A DNA stretch of 64,000 nt from Enterobacter phage EC152. The stretch lies in the sequence record PP681140.1, one strand, 5' to 3'. Numbering within the stretch: the first letter of the stretch is position 1; every line of letters starts with the position of its first letter. The notes under the pieces are model-generated. The model was not told where the DNA came from and searched no databases. It saw only the letters and a program-made list of their open reading frames with translations. Below are positions 42,375 through 50,731 of this stretch, one piece after another. A program made the translations under genes and the position numbers.

Positions 42375-44078
42375 ATGTTTCCTATTCCAAGCCTGTTCCT
42401 GCTAATGGCAGGTGGTGGTACAACCCCACTACCTCCTGGCGGGGTAAAAAAGATCTCTTTCTCCAGAGAACAAACAACTGGCGTAAAAAGATCTATGGCT
42501 ATTCTTCTGACAGACGGAAGACTCTACACTCAAGGCGATAATGCCTGGGGAGAATGTGCAGATGGAACAACAAGTCCATTCTACGATCATTGGAAACTTG
42601 CTGCAAGTAATGTAGCAGATGTTTTTGGTGTTGGGAAGGCCTTTGTAGTAAAATATAATAATGGCGGTTGGCAATACGCTGGTGACCAAGGCCAGTTTAC
42701 AGGAACTGTTTCAAATGCCCTCGCATGGACAAGCTTCCCATCTTCAATCACGGGGACAGTAAACCTGGCAAACCTCTCTAGTATTGTTGGCGGCGGTGGC
42801 AATACGCTGTGGCTAATGAATAATGGCACTCTGTATGGCAGCGGGGCCAACGCAAATGGTTGTCTTGGGTCTGGTAACTCCAACCCTATCCCCATCCCCC
42901 GCACGATCAGTTCTTCATGTGTACGTGCCTTTGGCCTTAACGCATGTACAACATATCTGAATAATGTCGGGGTCCCTCGTGTTTGTGGATCTACATACGG
43001 AATCAACGGTTCGTTCACTCCGATCATGAGCTTTGCAAACGTAACTTTCACAGGGGCAACAGGGACTATTTACGCAAAAGAGTGGATGTGTAATGAAACA
43101 AACACCATTGCTATCGCCTCAACAGGGGCCTCTGATAATAACCACTATCTGTATACTCGCGGGGTAACCACTGACAATGGAACCTACACAAAGGTTACAG
43201 GATTCGGCCCATTCACAACATTTCGTGTTCTGGATGGTGGTCAGTCAAGATTCTTTATTGCTGACGATGTTCTGTATGCACTGGGAGACTCGCAGAGAAA
43301 CCTCGGACTTGGAGACTCCACCACTTCGGTTACGGCCCCTACTGTAATTCCTGTTCCTACCGGAGCAGATTGGGATCTGAGCAAGCTTACCTTTGTTGCC
43401 GAGATGAAGGGTGATAATATGTCTCAAGGTTCGACACTTGGACACTGGATGGTTTATGACGGCAACCTGTTCTATACGGGCAGTCCAAAAGGATTCTTTG
43501 GTAGCACAACAATTGTAGGGAAATTCACAAACGTGCCAGAAAACTCCTTTGAGGGTATCCGTGCTGACTCTATCACTACAGGGTCTATCGGTGTGGCTAT
43601 TGTTGGTACTACGAAACAGCTTACGTGGTCTATCGATCCACCTGGGGCTGAAATTTATGATTTACAGTTTAGCTCAAGTCATCCAGAATTTGCAACAGTT
43701 GATGCGAATGGACTTATGACCTTCGTTGCTGAAGGTGGTTTTGACATCACCATGACGGCGAAGACAGGGACAAGCGCAACAACCTTGACAGACAGTTCTG
43801 GTGGTTACGCTAATACGATGGGTATGTCTACAGATAGTCTTTCAGCTATGACAGTTGGAGATACTAAGCAACTTGTTTATACGGTCACACCAGCGGGTGT
43901 TGAGAACCTTGACGGGTACTCTATCTCCTTCTCCAGTGAAGACCCAACGGTTGCGACAGTAAGCCCTACAGGACTGATTACCGCAGTTGCTGACGGAGGG
44001 ACTCGTATCCACGCAACAGCAGCAGTTCAGACTGTAACAGCAGACGATAGCTCTTATCTGTCAGTGAACGCTCCATAA
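42375..44078 (+). CDS. RCC1-like beta-propeller repeat plus two bacterial Ig-like (Big_2) domains protein (567 aa)
   Basis: Repeated G-x-L/F-Y-x-x-G-x-N-x-x-G-x-L/C-G motifs (RLYTQGDNAWGECADG, TLYGSGANANGCLGSG, VLYALGDSQRNLGLGD) and C-terminal Big_2-like segments. Confidence 0.5.
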   Translation: MFPIPSLFLLMAGGGTTPLPPGGVKKISFSREQTTGVKRSMAILLTDGRLYTQGDNAWGECADGTTSPFYDHWKLAASNVADVFGVGKAFVVKYNNGGWQYAGDQGQFTGTVSNALAWTSFPSSITGTVNLANLSSIVGGGGNTLWLMNNGTLYGSGANANGCLGSGNSNPIPIPRTISSSCVRAFGLNACTTYLNNVGVPRVCGSTYGINGSFTPIMSFANVTFTGATGTIYAKEWMCNETNTIAIASTGASDNNHYLYTRGVTTDNGTYTKVTGFGPFTTFRVLDGGQSRFFIADDVLYALGDSQRNLGLGDSTTSVTAPTVIPVPTGADWDLSKLTFVAEMKGDNMSQGSTLGHWMVYDGNLFYTGSPKGFFGSTTIVGKFTNVPENSFEGIRADSITTGSIGVAIVGTTKQLTWSIDPPGAEIYDLQFSSSHPEFATVDANGLMTFVAEGGFDITMTAKTGTSATTLTDSSGGYANTMGMSTDSLSAMTVGDTKQLVYTVTPAGVENLDGYSISFSSEDPTVATVSPTGLITAVADGGTRIHATAAVQTVTADDSSYLSVNAP

Positions 44079-44080
44079 CA

Positions 44081-44112
44081 AAAAGGCTCCCTATTGGGAG
44101 CCTTTCTTATTT
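44081..44112. terminator. bidirectional terminator where the convergent gene blocks meet (AGGCTCCC-TATT-GGGAGCCT)
   Basis: 8-bp stem flanked by A5 upstream and TTTCTTATTT downstream, so U tracts in both orientations. Confidence 0.75.
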
Positions 44113-45247
44113 AGAATGGAATATCGTCGTCGAAGTCCATAGGCGGTTCATTGTCAAAGTCAACAGGTGGTGCCTGAACTGTACCACTCAGAGGCTCCTG
44201 TACGGGCTGTGACGGCTTCTGAGCTTCTTCCTGTGCGGTTGCACTGGCATAGGCATAGAACGTCGCTGCAAGGGCATACGCTTCGCGTGTTGCCTTCTCA
44301 AGTTCCTCTGCGTCGATAGTCTTGCCTTTAACAGCAATTGTCGTTACCGCAAACTTAACCGCATTACCAACTGTCTGACCCACATCCTTACCTTCAGTCT
44401 CTGTCAGTTCTTTGATCAGCTTGGTTGTGACATCATGTACAACCTTGCCAGCAGCCTCTACATCACCTTTAAAGCCGGAAAGCTTTAGGTTAACGAGGGC
44501 ATTCATAGCATGACCAGCAGACACGCCGACAGGATCATAAGGTGTGCGTTTACCTTTACCACTCGCCCCACCACCTTGACCTACAGGCCCATAAGCCTTG
44601 AAGCTATTGATGATGTTGCCAGTGGAAATGTCAACGAACGCTGCCAGACGACCACCTACAGATACTTCTGCTAGTTGCTCATCGGACAGGACTACACGGC
44701 CCTCTCCCTGTTTTTCATCGTTCACAACTGCAACGTTGCCTTCGATAGACAGGATTTCACCGTAGATCTTAGCACCCTTTCCACCGCCAGACTGTGCAGG
44801 AGCACTTGATTGCTGAGGTGCAGCGTCTGCTGGAGCATCAGTCAAGATCTTGATGTCCTTCTTCTTGCCCTGATAAGAGGTATTGGTTTTACCATCTTTC
44901 TCATAGGTCTGTTTCTGCACTGGATAGATGGAGATCTCTGCACCCGGTAATAGATCTTTATAGCTACCGTCAGCCTGCTTCACCTGGAACTGGTTTTCGT
45001 ATTTCAGGTTCTTAACTTCACCTTCACCGAAAGACACAAACTCATCAACGCCACCTGCGGTAAGCAGGATAGAGTAGCGGTGAGTTGAGGAAATAGTTTT
45101 CCCCGCATTAGGACCCTTGTTGATGTGGGTTACCTTAGCAGAACCATCAGCGTTGATACGCTTGATGAATACACGCTTGATCACACCTTTAGCTTTCAGT
45201 GCAACAGAATCATCAGCCGGGTTCACTACTTCAGTAATTACGCTCAT
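44111..45247 (-). CDS. ssb: single-stranded DNA-binding protein (SSB) with acidic C-terminal tail ...DFDDDIPF
   Basis: Start at ATG 45247 (MSVITEV...) with AAGGAGAG RBS; Gly-rich linker; C-terminus MDFDDDIPF matches the bacterial SSB-Ct tip. Confidence 0.65.
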   Translation of the reverse strand: MSVITEVVNPADDSVALKAKGVIKRVFIKRINADGSAKVTHINKGPNAGKTISSTHRYSILLTAGGVDEFVSFGEGEVKNLKYENQFQVKQADGSYKDLLPGAEISIYPVQKQTYEKDGKTNTSYQGKKKDIKILTDAPADAAPQQSSAPAQSGGGKGAKIYGEILSIEGNVAVVNDEKQGEGRVVLSDEQLAEVSVGGRLAAFVDISTGNIINSFKAYGPVGQGGGASGKGKRTPYDPVGVSAGHAMNALVNLKLSGFKGDVEAAGKVVHDVTTKLIKELTETEGKDVGQTVGNAVKFAVTTIAVKGKTIDAEELEKATREAYALAATFYAYASATAQEEAQKPSQPVQEPLSGTVQAPPVDFDNEPPMDFDDDIPF

Positions 45248-45260
45248 TCTCTCTCCTTTA

Positions 45261-45608
45261 TTACTTAGTTTCTTCAGTCTGGGTTTCAGTATTAACACCC
45301 AGAAGTCTATCAACAATCAGGTCTTCAACCTGGCTCAACAGGTTCATCGCAAAAGAGGATGCACCGTTCAGTTGCAGCAGGTTATTACGATGACCACGAA
45401 CCCATGCTAAAGCGTCTTCAACAGTGCCGTATTGACCGCTGTTGATAACTTTGAGCATTTCATCACGCATACGATCAGACCCGATGAATTGACTCATCTG
45501 AGCGCCAGCGCTTGAAAGAAATACAACGGTTCCGAACTGAGCCTCATCGAGGTCAAGGAAGTGTAGTTGTTCAGGTTGTTTGTCGATAGGGGTTACATCT
45601 TCAGTCAT
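45261..45608 (-). CDS. hypothetical protein (115 aa)
   Basis: ATG 45608 with GGAGG RBS. Confidence 0.5.
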   Translation of the reverse strand: MTEDVTPIDKQPEQLHFLDLDEAQFGTVVFLSSAGAQMSQFIGSDRMRDEMLKVINSGQYGTVEDALAWVRGHRNNLLQLNGASSFAMNLLSQVEDLIVDRLLGVNTETQTEETK

Positions 45609-45670
45609 CAATCCTCCATTTATGAGTGAACGGGTATATTACCCGTTTACACTCGGTATGTCAATAGCTT

Positions 45671-45877
45671 TTAGCGCTTTTTCTTCAGCTTTTCAATGAT
45701 GCTCGCAACACCCGCCACCCCAAAAACACCAAGGATGAAAAGCACGATCACACCGATAATAAAGGCAATACCGAAGTAAAGCGGCAGAAGAACAAGCCAC
45801 CAAGACCAGGCGATCACACCACACAGTTTGAGTGTGATGAATACCAGCGCTAATAGCGCCATAAAACCAATTTTCAT
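45671..45877 (-). CDS. small 2-TM membrane protein (68 aa, KKKR C-terminus), holin-like topology
   Basis: Two long hydrophobic helices and a basic C-terminal tail. Confidence 0.5.
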   Translation of the reverse strand: MKIGFMALLALVFITLKLCGVIAWSWWLVLLPLYFGIAFIIGVIVLFILGVFGVAGVASIIEKLKKKR

Positions 45878-45892
45878 TTTATCTCCTATCAG

Positions 45893-46120
45893 TTAGGGGT
45901 ACATCCACGATGGGATAGAGGAACTGCCGATAACAACAGATCCGGAAGTTGCATGAGCACTCAACAGACCACCATCCTCAACATCTATTACCAGCGGTTT
46001 CTGTGTTTTTGCCTGCAAACCACAACAAGAGCACTCAATCTGGGTTACGTAGCCTTCAACCACAGCCTCTGTTTTGTGCAGGTGAGGACACCAAAAGGTC
46101 GTTAATTGTTTCAATCGCAA
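45893..46120 (-). CDS. hypothetical Cys-containing small protein (75 aa)
   Basis: ORF only. Confidence 0.35.
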   Translation of the reverse strand: MRLKQLTTFWCPHLHKTEAVVEGYVTQIECSCCGLQAKTQKPLVIDVEDGGLLSAHATSGSVVIGSSSIPSWMYP

Positions 46121-46683
46121 CTCCCGCTATAAGAAGAGCTTGAATCGCAAGAGGAATACGAATCATTGCTACTTGAGTGACTTGACGTATAATGAGTATA
46201 CGTGTCACTGATCGTCGTTGTGTTAATGAACACAGCGTCGTCGTTACGGCGGCGATAGCTATCATCATCCGAAACCACACGGCTCCGTGGTGGTGCTGGA
46301 GGAGCAGGTGGTCGTTTCTTAGACGCAGTTACTGCCCTTTTCAACTCTTCTGCCTTCAATGGCTTTGCATTGGGTCCGGGAGATGTTTTAACTGCTGCAT
46401 TTGCTCGCTCTACATCTTCTTTCATCCAGTCCCTGATACGTTCTTCCCGGCCCTCTGTGACCAGCTTCATTTTGGCAACATCTTCAACCGCCCGTCGAGC
46501 TATATCACTAAGCTCTTCCTTTGAAAGAGGTCGCAGTTTGTATTCATAGTCGCCATTTGGGTCACGACCCTTTAAGATCTTAACCTCAGAGGTTTGAGAC
46601 ACCGTGGTTGTGTTCCCATTCCCAACAGTAACAATGGTGTTGCCACCGAAGATACCCGCTAACCACTTAAAGAATTTACCCAT
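46111..46683 (-). CDS. hypothetical protein with Pro-rich linker and Ser/Tyr/Thr-rich low-complexity C-terminus (190 aa)
   Basis: ORF only. Confidence 0.45.
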   Translation of the reverse strand: MGKFFKWLAGIFGGNTIVTVGNGNTTTVSQTSEVKILKGRDPNGDYEYKLRPLSKEELSDIARRAVEDVAKMKLVTEGREERIRDWMKEDVERANAAVKTSPGPNAKPLKAEELKRAVTASKKRPPAPPAPPRSRVVSDDDSYRRRNDDAVFINTTTISDTYTHYTSSHSSSNDSYSSCDSSSSYSGSCD

Positions 46684-46979
46684 TATTGCTCCCGCATCTC
46701 AAGAATTTCTGTGATGGATGGTACGGCGTGAACACCAACCTGTGTCAGTAAGTCTTTAAAGAACTTATAGATGAAAAGCCCTTCTTGACTTGTGTGATGC
46801 CACTGGTCAATAGCGAAAACCCTTCGGCCTTCCTCTGACCACATGTACTTATAGCAAATCTCCTTTGCTTCATTACGGTCAACACCTAGAAGCTGTGCGA
46901 AGACCCCGTGCGGGTCACTGTGCGGTGCGCCATAGGCTGCTGACCAAGCGTTGCCTACATCGGTATCATACTTACTCAT
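46683..46979 (-). CDS. hypothetical protein (98 aa)
   Basis: Coupled ORF. Confidence 0.45.
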   Translation of the reverse strand: MSKYDTDVGNAWSAAYGAPHSDPHGVFAQLLGVDRNEAKEICYKYMWSEEGRRVFAIDQWHHTSQEGLFIYKFFKDLLTQVGVHAVPSITEILEMREQ

Positions 46980-47259
46980 AAAACTCCTCCAGAACTTTCC
47001 AGATTGTATTCAGTTCCCCACCAGACATCAAGCTCCAGATTACCATGTCCTGATAACCCTTACGGCAAACATCTATCTGACGGAAAGCTCGATGGAACTC
47101 AGCAGGACTATCGTACTCCACTGGCAAGTTGTCAACATTGTCCTGGAAGTATTGCAGAACCAACTTCTCTTCCAGATTGGGGAGTTCCACACCCATCTCT
47201 AGGCTTTTTTCGTACATCCGTACAAATTTCTCACCAGTGCGTTCTGATTTCATAACCAT
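46972..47259 (-). CDS. hypothetical protein (95 aa)
   Basis: ORF only. Confidence 0.45.
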   Translation of the reverse strand: MVMKSERTGEKFVRMYEKSLEMGVELPNLEEKLVLQYFQDNVDNLPVEYDSPAEFHRAFRQIDVCRKGYQDMVIWSLMSGGELNTIWKVLEEFYE

Positions 47260-47621
47260 TCGCCAGTCTCCATTTGTTTTGGTGTCAGAGTTTTAACCTG
47301 GTTGTCATCGACAGGTGCAAATCCGACCACAGGCTTGAAGCAACGCTCTTTCTGTGCATCGAACACATAGAAGGCCTCTACTGCTGCTGGCTTAGCACAC
47401 GTATTCCAGTGACGCTTGTACATGCCGTAACCACCCTGATATGTCCCAAGATAGAACAGAAGTCCAGCAAAGAAAGCCACCACTGCAACCGCCACTGTCT
47501 TACCCTTCCATGTCGCCGCTCCGGTGGACAAAGACCATCCCCAAAAAACAAAGATGCCGAACATTATTACAGCAGACACCCAGTTGTTGTGCATGATCAA
47601 CCATTCCCAAAATCCAATCAT
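47250..47621 (-). CDS. 3-TM membrane protein (123 aa)
   Basis: Hydrophobic segments VSAVIMFGIFVFWGWSL and VAVAVVAFFAGLLFYLGTY. Confidence 0.5.
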   Translation of the reverse strand: MIGFWEWLIMHNNWVSAVIMFGIFVFWGWSLSTGAATWKGKTVAVAVVAFFAGLLFYLGTYQGGYGMYKRHWNTCAKPAAVEAFYVFDAQKERCFKPVVGFAPVDDNQVKTLTPKQMETGEWL

Positions 47622-47624
47622 TTC

Positions 47625-48194
47625 TTATCCTCCAAAAGATGAGCGACTACTCACAGAGCTACCAAAACCACCACGAGACGATGTGGTGCTACGAGAAACT
47701 GTTGTACGAGGAGACTGGATCGACGGTTTAGCCGCAGAGCTTGTCACCTTAAACGTTTGACCAGGGCGTGCATTGTAGCTACGGAACTTGTTGTCCATAT
47801 ACTTACCTGAACGATCCTGATACAGCGGTGCTGAGTGATAACCGGAATTCATGCTGTTACCCATCATGTACCCCATCATCAACGGCATCCACGAAGAACC
47901 ACCATCTGAACTGCTTGGGTTGTGTCTGCACTGATCACCGAACTCAGCGTAACAGTCAGAGTAAGTAGCATAACGTGGTGCAGTTTCATTTGCAACCTTT
48001 TCCGCTTCTTGTCTTGCTGCACGACATTGATCCGGTTTGTGAGTATCCGCAATGCACTCATCAACATTTTTGTACATCTTCATGTCGATGTCTGCTTGCT
48101 CACAACCTGCAACTGTGATTGCCACCGCGAACGGCAGGGCATATCGCCCCACCTTCCGGAAAGCATTCTTATTGATATGCTTTGTTCTTTTCAC
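47625..48194 (-). CDS. lipoprotein (189 aa) with Ser/Gly-rich C-terminus
   Basis: Signal peptide with lipobox TVAG|C; GTG start with GGGTG RBS; coupled to the downstream 3-TM protein. Confidence 0.5.
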   Translation of the reverse strand: MKRTKHINKNAFRKVGRYALPFAVAITVAGCEQADIDMKMYKNVDECIADTHKPDQCRAARQEAEKVANETAPRYATYSDCYAEFGDQCRHNPSSSDGGSSWMPLMMGYMMGNSMNSGYHSAPLYQDRSGKYMDNKFRSYNARPGQTFKVTSSAAKPSIQSPRTTVSRSTTSSRGGFGSSVSSRSSFGG

Positions 48195-48207
48195 TTTTCA
48201 CCCTTGC

Positions 48208-48387
48208 CTAGACTAAAGATGGTATCGCTGCAATCAACGCACCTGCAACCATACCGATAAACATCCCGCCACCCACTAGCCAACCAAAGTCGCCTGTTCC
48301 AAACTGAAGGCCACCGCAAAACGCCGTGAGAACAGAACACATGGTGACTAAAAGAAATACACTTATAAAGACTAGGACCTGTTTCAT
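48208..48387 (-). CDS. small hydrophobic membrane protein (59 aa), translationally coupled to pnuC, not in the ORF track
   Basis: ATG overlaps the pnuC stop (ATGA); the GAGGAG RBS lies inside the last pnuC codons; sequence MKQVLVFISVFLLVTMCSVLTAFCGGLQFGTGDFGWLVGGGMFIGMVAGALIAAIPSLV; the track ORF 48191..48421 is in another frame. Confidence 0.5.
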   Translation of the reverse strand: MKQVLVFISVFLLVTMCSVLTAFCGGLQFGTGDFGWLVGGGMFIGMVAGALIAAIPSLV

Positions 48388-49091
48388 TTTGACTCCTCTT
48401 TACGCCACTTGTAAGCACCATACACAGAGTTCAACAGGAATGTTACCCACATGGCAAGGTTTGCTGCTCCAGCACCTTGGTGATGCAGCGTAAGGTTGAT
48501 CCACATAGCCACAGCCACGATGTTCACGATGATCCATACGTACCACTGCTCAGCATAGCGGGTCATCATCAGGTACGTTGCAAGGACTGACAGGATAGCT
48601 GTAGCTGCGTCAGGTCCTGGTAATGAGCCTTTCAGCAGAGAGATCCCCTCAGCGTACAGCGCAATCACAATCAGTGTACCAATACCGACTAACCAACGTT
48701 GTTTTGTGGTCAGATAGTTCTTGATAACGTCTGCACGTTCACCGTCAGCAGAAACGTTCAGCTTACGCGCCCAGATAATCCCGCCGATTACCTGCATCGG
48801 GGTGAATAGGACGGTATACATGATCGTTTCGCCATACAGTTTGTACGTGAATGACACATACGCATACAGCACTGTCGCGATGAAACCCCAATAGTAGCTG
48901 GAAAGTTTACCTTTTGCAACCAAAATCGCACCGACGATACCTGTCACGGAAGAGATAAACTCTACCATAGTACCACCAGTGACGATGGAGACTGTCGCGA
49001 TGGATGCGGAACAGATCAGAAGCCAGAGGTATTCTAGTTTTGTCCAACCATAGAAGTCTGTCCAGGTTGTTTTTACGTATAGATTCATCAT
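48384..49091 (-). CDS. pnuC: nicotinamide riboside/NMN transporter PnuC
   Basis: Multi-TM protein with PnuC-like sequence; start at ATG 49091 (MMNLYVKTTW...) with AGGAG upstream, in frame with track ORF 48384..49205. Confidence 0.7.
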   Translation of the reverse strand: MMNLYVKTTWTDFYGWTKLEYLWLLICSASIATVSIVTGGTMVEFISSVTGIVGAILVAKGKLSSYYWGFIATVLYAYVSFTYKLYGETIMYTVLFTPMQVIGGIIWARKLNVSADGERADVIKNYLTTKQRWLVGIGTLIVIALYAEGISLLKGSLPGPDAATAILSVLATYLMMTRYAEQWYVWIIVNIVAVAMWINLTLHHQGAGAANLAMWVTFLLNSVYGAYKWRKEESK

Positions 49092-49111
49092 GTAATCTTT
49101 TCTCCTGTTGT

Positions 49112-49351
49112 TTATCGGATACGAACTTCGTCTAACGAGATAGACTTTAGCCCATATTTTTCTGGTTGTCCAGCAAATTCTTCTTCGGTGTAGCAAAAAG
49201 ACCAAGAACTCCCACGGGCATCAAACATCTCAAATCTGGCATCATACGGATGACGAGCCTCGATGCAGACGTAGAATTTTCCGAGAGACATACCATCCTT
49301 CGTCTGTTGGTTCATACCGAAGGTGAAGTAGTATTTATTCATGATTTCCAC
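49112..49351 (-). CDS. hypothetical protein (79 aa)
   Basis: ORF only. Confidence 0.4.
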   Translation of the reverse strand: MEIMNKYYFTFGMNQQTKDGMSLGKFYVCIEARHPYDARFEMFDARGSSWSFCYTEEEFAGQPEKYGLKSISLDEVRIR

Positions 49352-49658
49352 CTCCTGCCCGGCGCACTACAATTCGGCACTCTTCCATGAGGCTATTTGT
49401 GTGGTCTTCTGGTATGTTTGCCTTGATACGCCATGCTTCATACTCTGCCAGCAGACGCTCCATACAACTTAGTAAATCAGGTGAGGCAGCAATAAGTCTT
49501 GCATTGGCGCGGGTTTCTTCATAACCAACAAGACAACACTTTGCAATTTTTATTTCGTGCAGAATTCCAGTTCCAACCTCAGACCCATCGTTTGACCAAG
49601 GGCCGGGTGTGTGTTTAGCCATTTTGACTCCTTTGTTTAGCCCATTCAATTGCCGCAA
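49335..49658 (-). CDS. hypothetical protein (107 aa)
   Basis: ORF only; start uncertain. Confidence 0.4.
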   Translation of the reverse strand: MRQLNGLNKGVKMAKHTPGPWSNDGSEVGTGILHEIKIAKCCLVGYEETRANARLIAASPDLLSCMERLLAEYEAWRIKANIPEDHTNSLMEECRIVVRRAGGGNHE

Positions 49659-49953
49659 GTATCACATCGCAATGACATGCTACTTCTTTGTTCGGCTGTT
49701 TACAGAAGCATACAAGGTCTTTACCATGCAAGTCAAGCAGGTCTTGAATAGTTATTTTACCTGAACGGATCTGTTGCCATAACCATACACGATATCTTTC
49801 AATTGTGGCCCCACGAGGCTCATCTTTAGATAACTTGAAAGGGTTGGCAAATTTAGATTGCTTCAGGCCAAGGTGGGGCATTGCTCGCCCCATGTACTCA
49901 GCATTCTCAGGTATAACTTTACCGATATGGTAGAAGTTGAGCACCTTAGCCAT
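49615..49953 (-). CDS. DUF4326-like protein (112 aa; LVCFCKP...CHCD motif)
   Basis: Cys/His motif typical of that phage-associated domain family (from memory). Confidence 0.4.
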   Translation of the reverse strand: MAKVLNFYHIGKVIPENAEYMGRAMPHLGLKQSKFANPFKLSKDEPRGATIERYRVWLWQQIRSGKITIQDLLDLHGKDLVCFCKQPNKEVACHCDVILAAIEWAKQRSQNG

Positions 49954-50387
49954 TAGAAATCCATCCGACTATGAAGTTCTGCTGACATCTCCTTCACCCA
50001 GTGGGTGATTGAAATCCCCTCGTAAACATCGTCGAGCAAAGAGTCTGTCAGCAACCAAATGATCGCGTTACGAAGGTGATCATCCGACATATGGGCGATC
50101 CGGACAACATTTCCCTCTTGGGTTTTCCAGACAAGAATCTGCTCTTGCTTTTCAGGCTTTGGAAGCACATCATACCCAGCAGGGGCAATCATAATGCCGT
50201 TGCAACCACACAGGCAGCGAGTGATCATCTTTTCCTGCTCCAGTTGCGTGAGAGAGATATCCACAACCATAGGACTGAGGCCCAGCGACTGTTCGATCAC
50301 GTAGTGAAAAGTCCATGCTTCAGTCTTCTCCAGATCCTCTTTCAAAAACTGGAGGATTAATAGATTAACGCGATCCATCTTTATCAC
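49953..50387 (-). CDS. hypothetical protein (144 aa)
   Basis: ORF only. Confidence 0.4.
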   Translation of the reverse strand: MIKMDRVNLLILQFLKEDLEKTEAWTFHYVIEQSLGLSPMVVDISLTQLEQEKMITRCLCGCNGIMIAPAGYDVLPKPEKQEQILVWKTQEGNVVRIAHMSDDHLRNAIIWLLTDSLLDDVYEGISITHWVKEMSAELHSRMDF

Positions 50388-50730
50388 CTTTCAGGTACGC
50401 TATAATCCAGTCTGCCGCCTCTTCGTACTTCTCATAGCCAAAGTATTTACGACGAGAAAAATACGTGTCGTCATCAGGTACGTTGGTTTGATAGTTGAAA
50501 TTCCCCGGTTGTCCCCAGTACACATTGATCTGGTCACTGTTACGACACTCAGAGAAAGAGACTTGTTTTGAGAGGTCGTTATCACAACTGTGATTCCATT
50601 TTGTAATGGAGAAACCCTGCTCACGACAGTTGGCATAGGCCTGAAGACCTTGTGCCAGATCCGGAGCCTTTTTCAGAATTACAGCCAGTATACCAAAAGC
50701 CTGCTTCATGCTTGAATCACTTACGTTCAT
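50365..50730 (-). CDS. hypothetical protein (121 aa)
   Basis: ATG 50730 (MNVSDSSMKQ...) with AAGGAGAA RBS; immediately downstream of nadR. Confidence 0.45.
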   Translation of the reverse strand: MNVSDSSMKQAFGILAVILKKAPDLAQGLQAYANCREQGFSITKWNHSCDNDLSKQVSFSECRNSDQINVYWGQPGNFNYQTNVPDDDTYFSRRKYFGYEKYEEAADWIIAYLKGDKDGSR

Positions 50731-50731
50731 C

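Noticed and set aside
48191-48421. Track ORF of 76 aa on the minus strand
   Set aside because: Wrong frame; the same interval is better explained by a 59-aa RBS-bearing membrane ORF (48208..48387) coupled to the pnuC stop.
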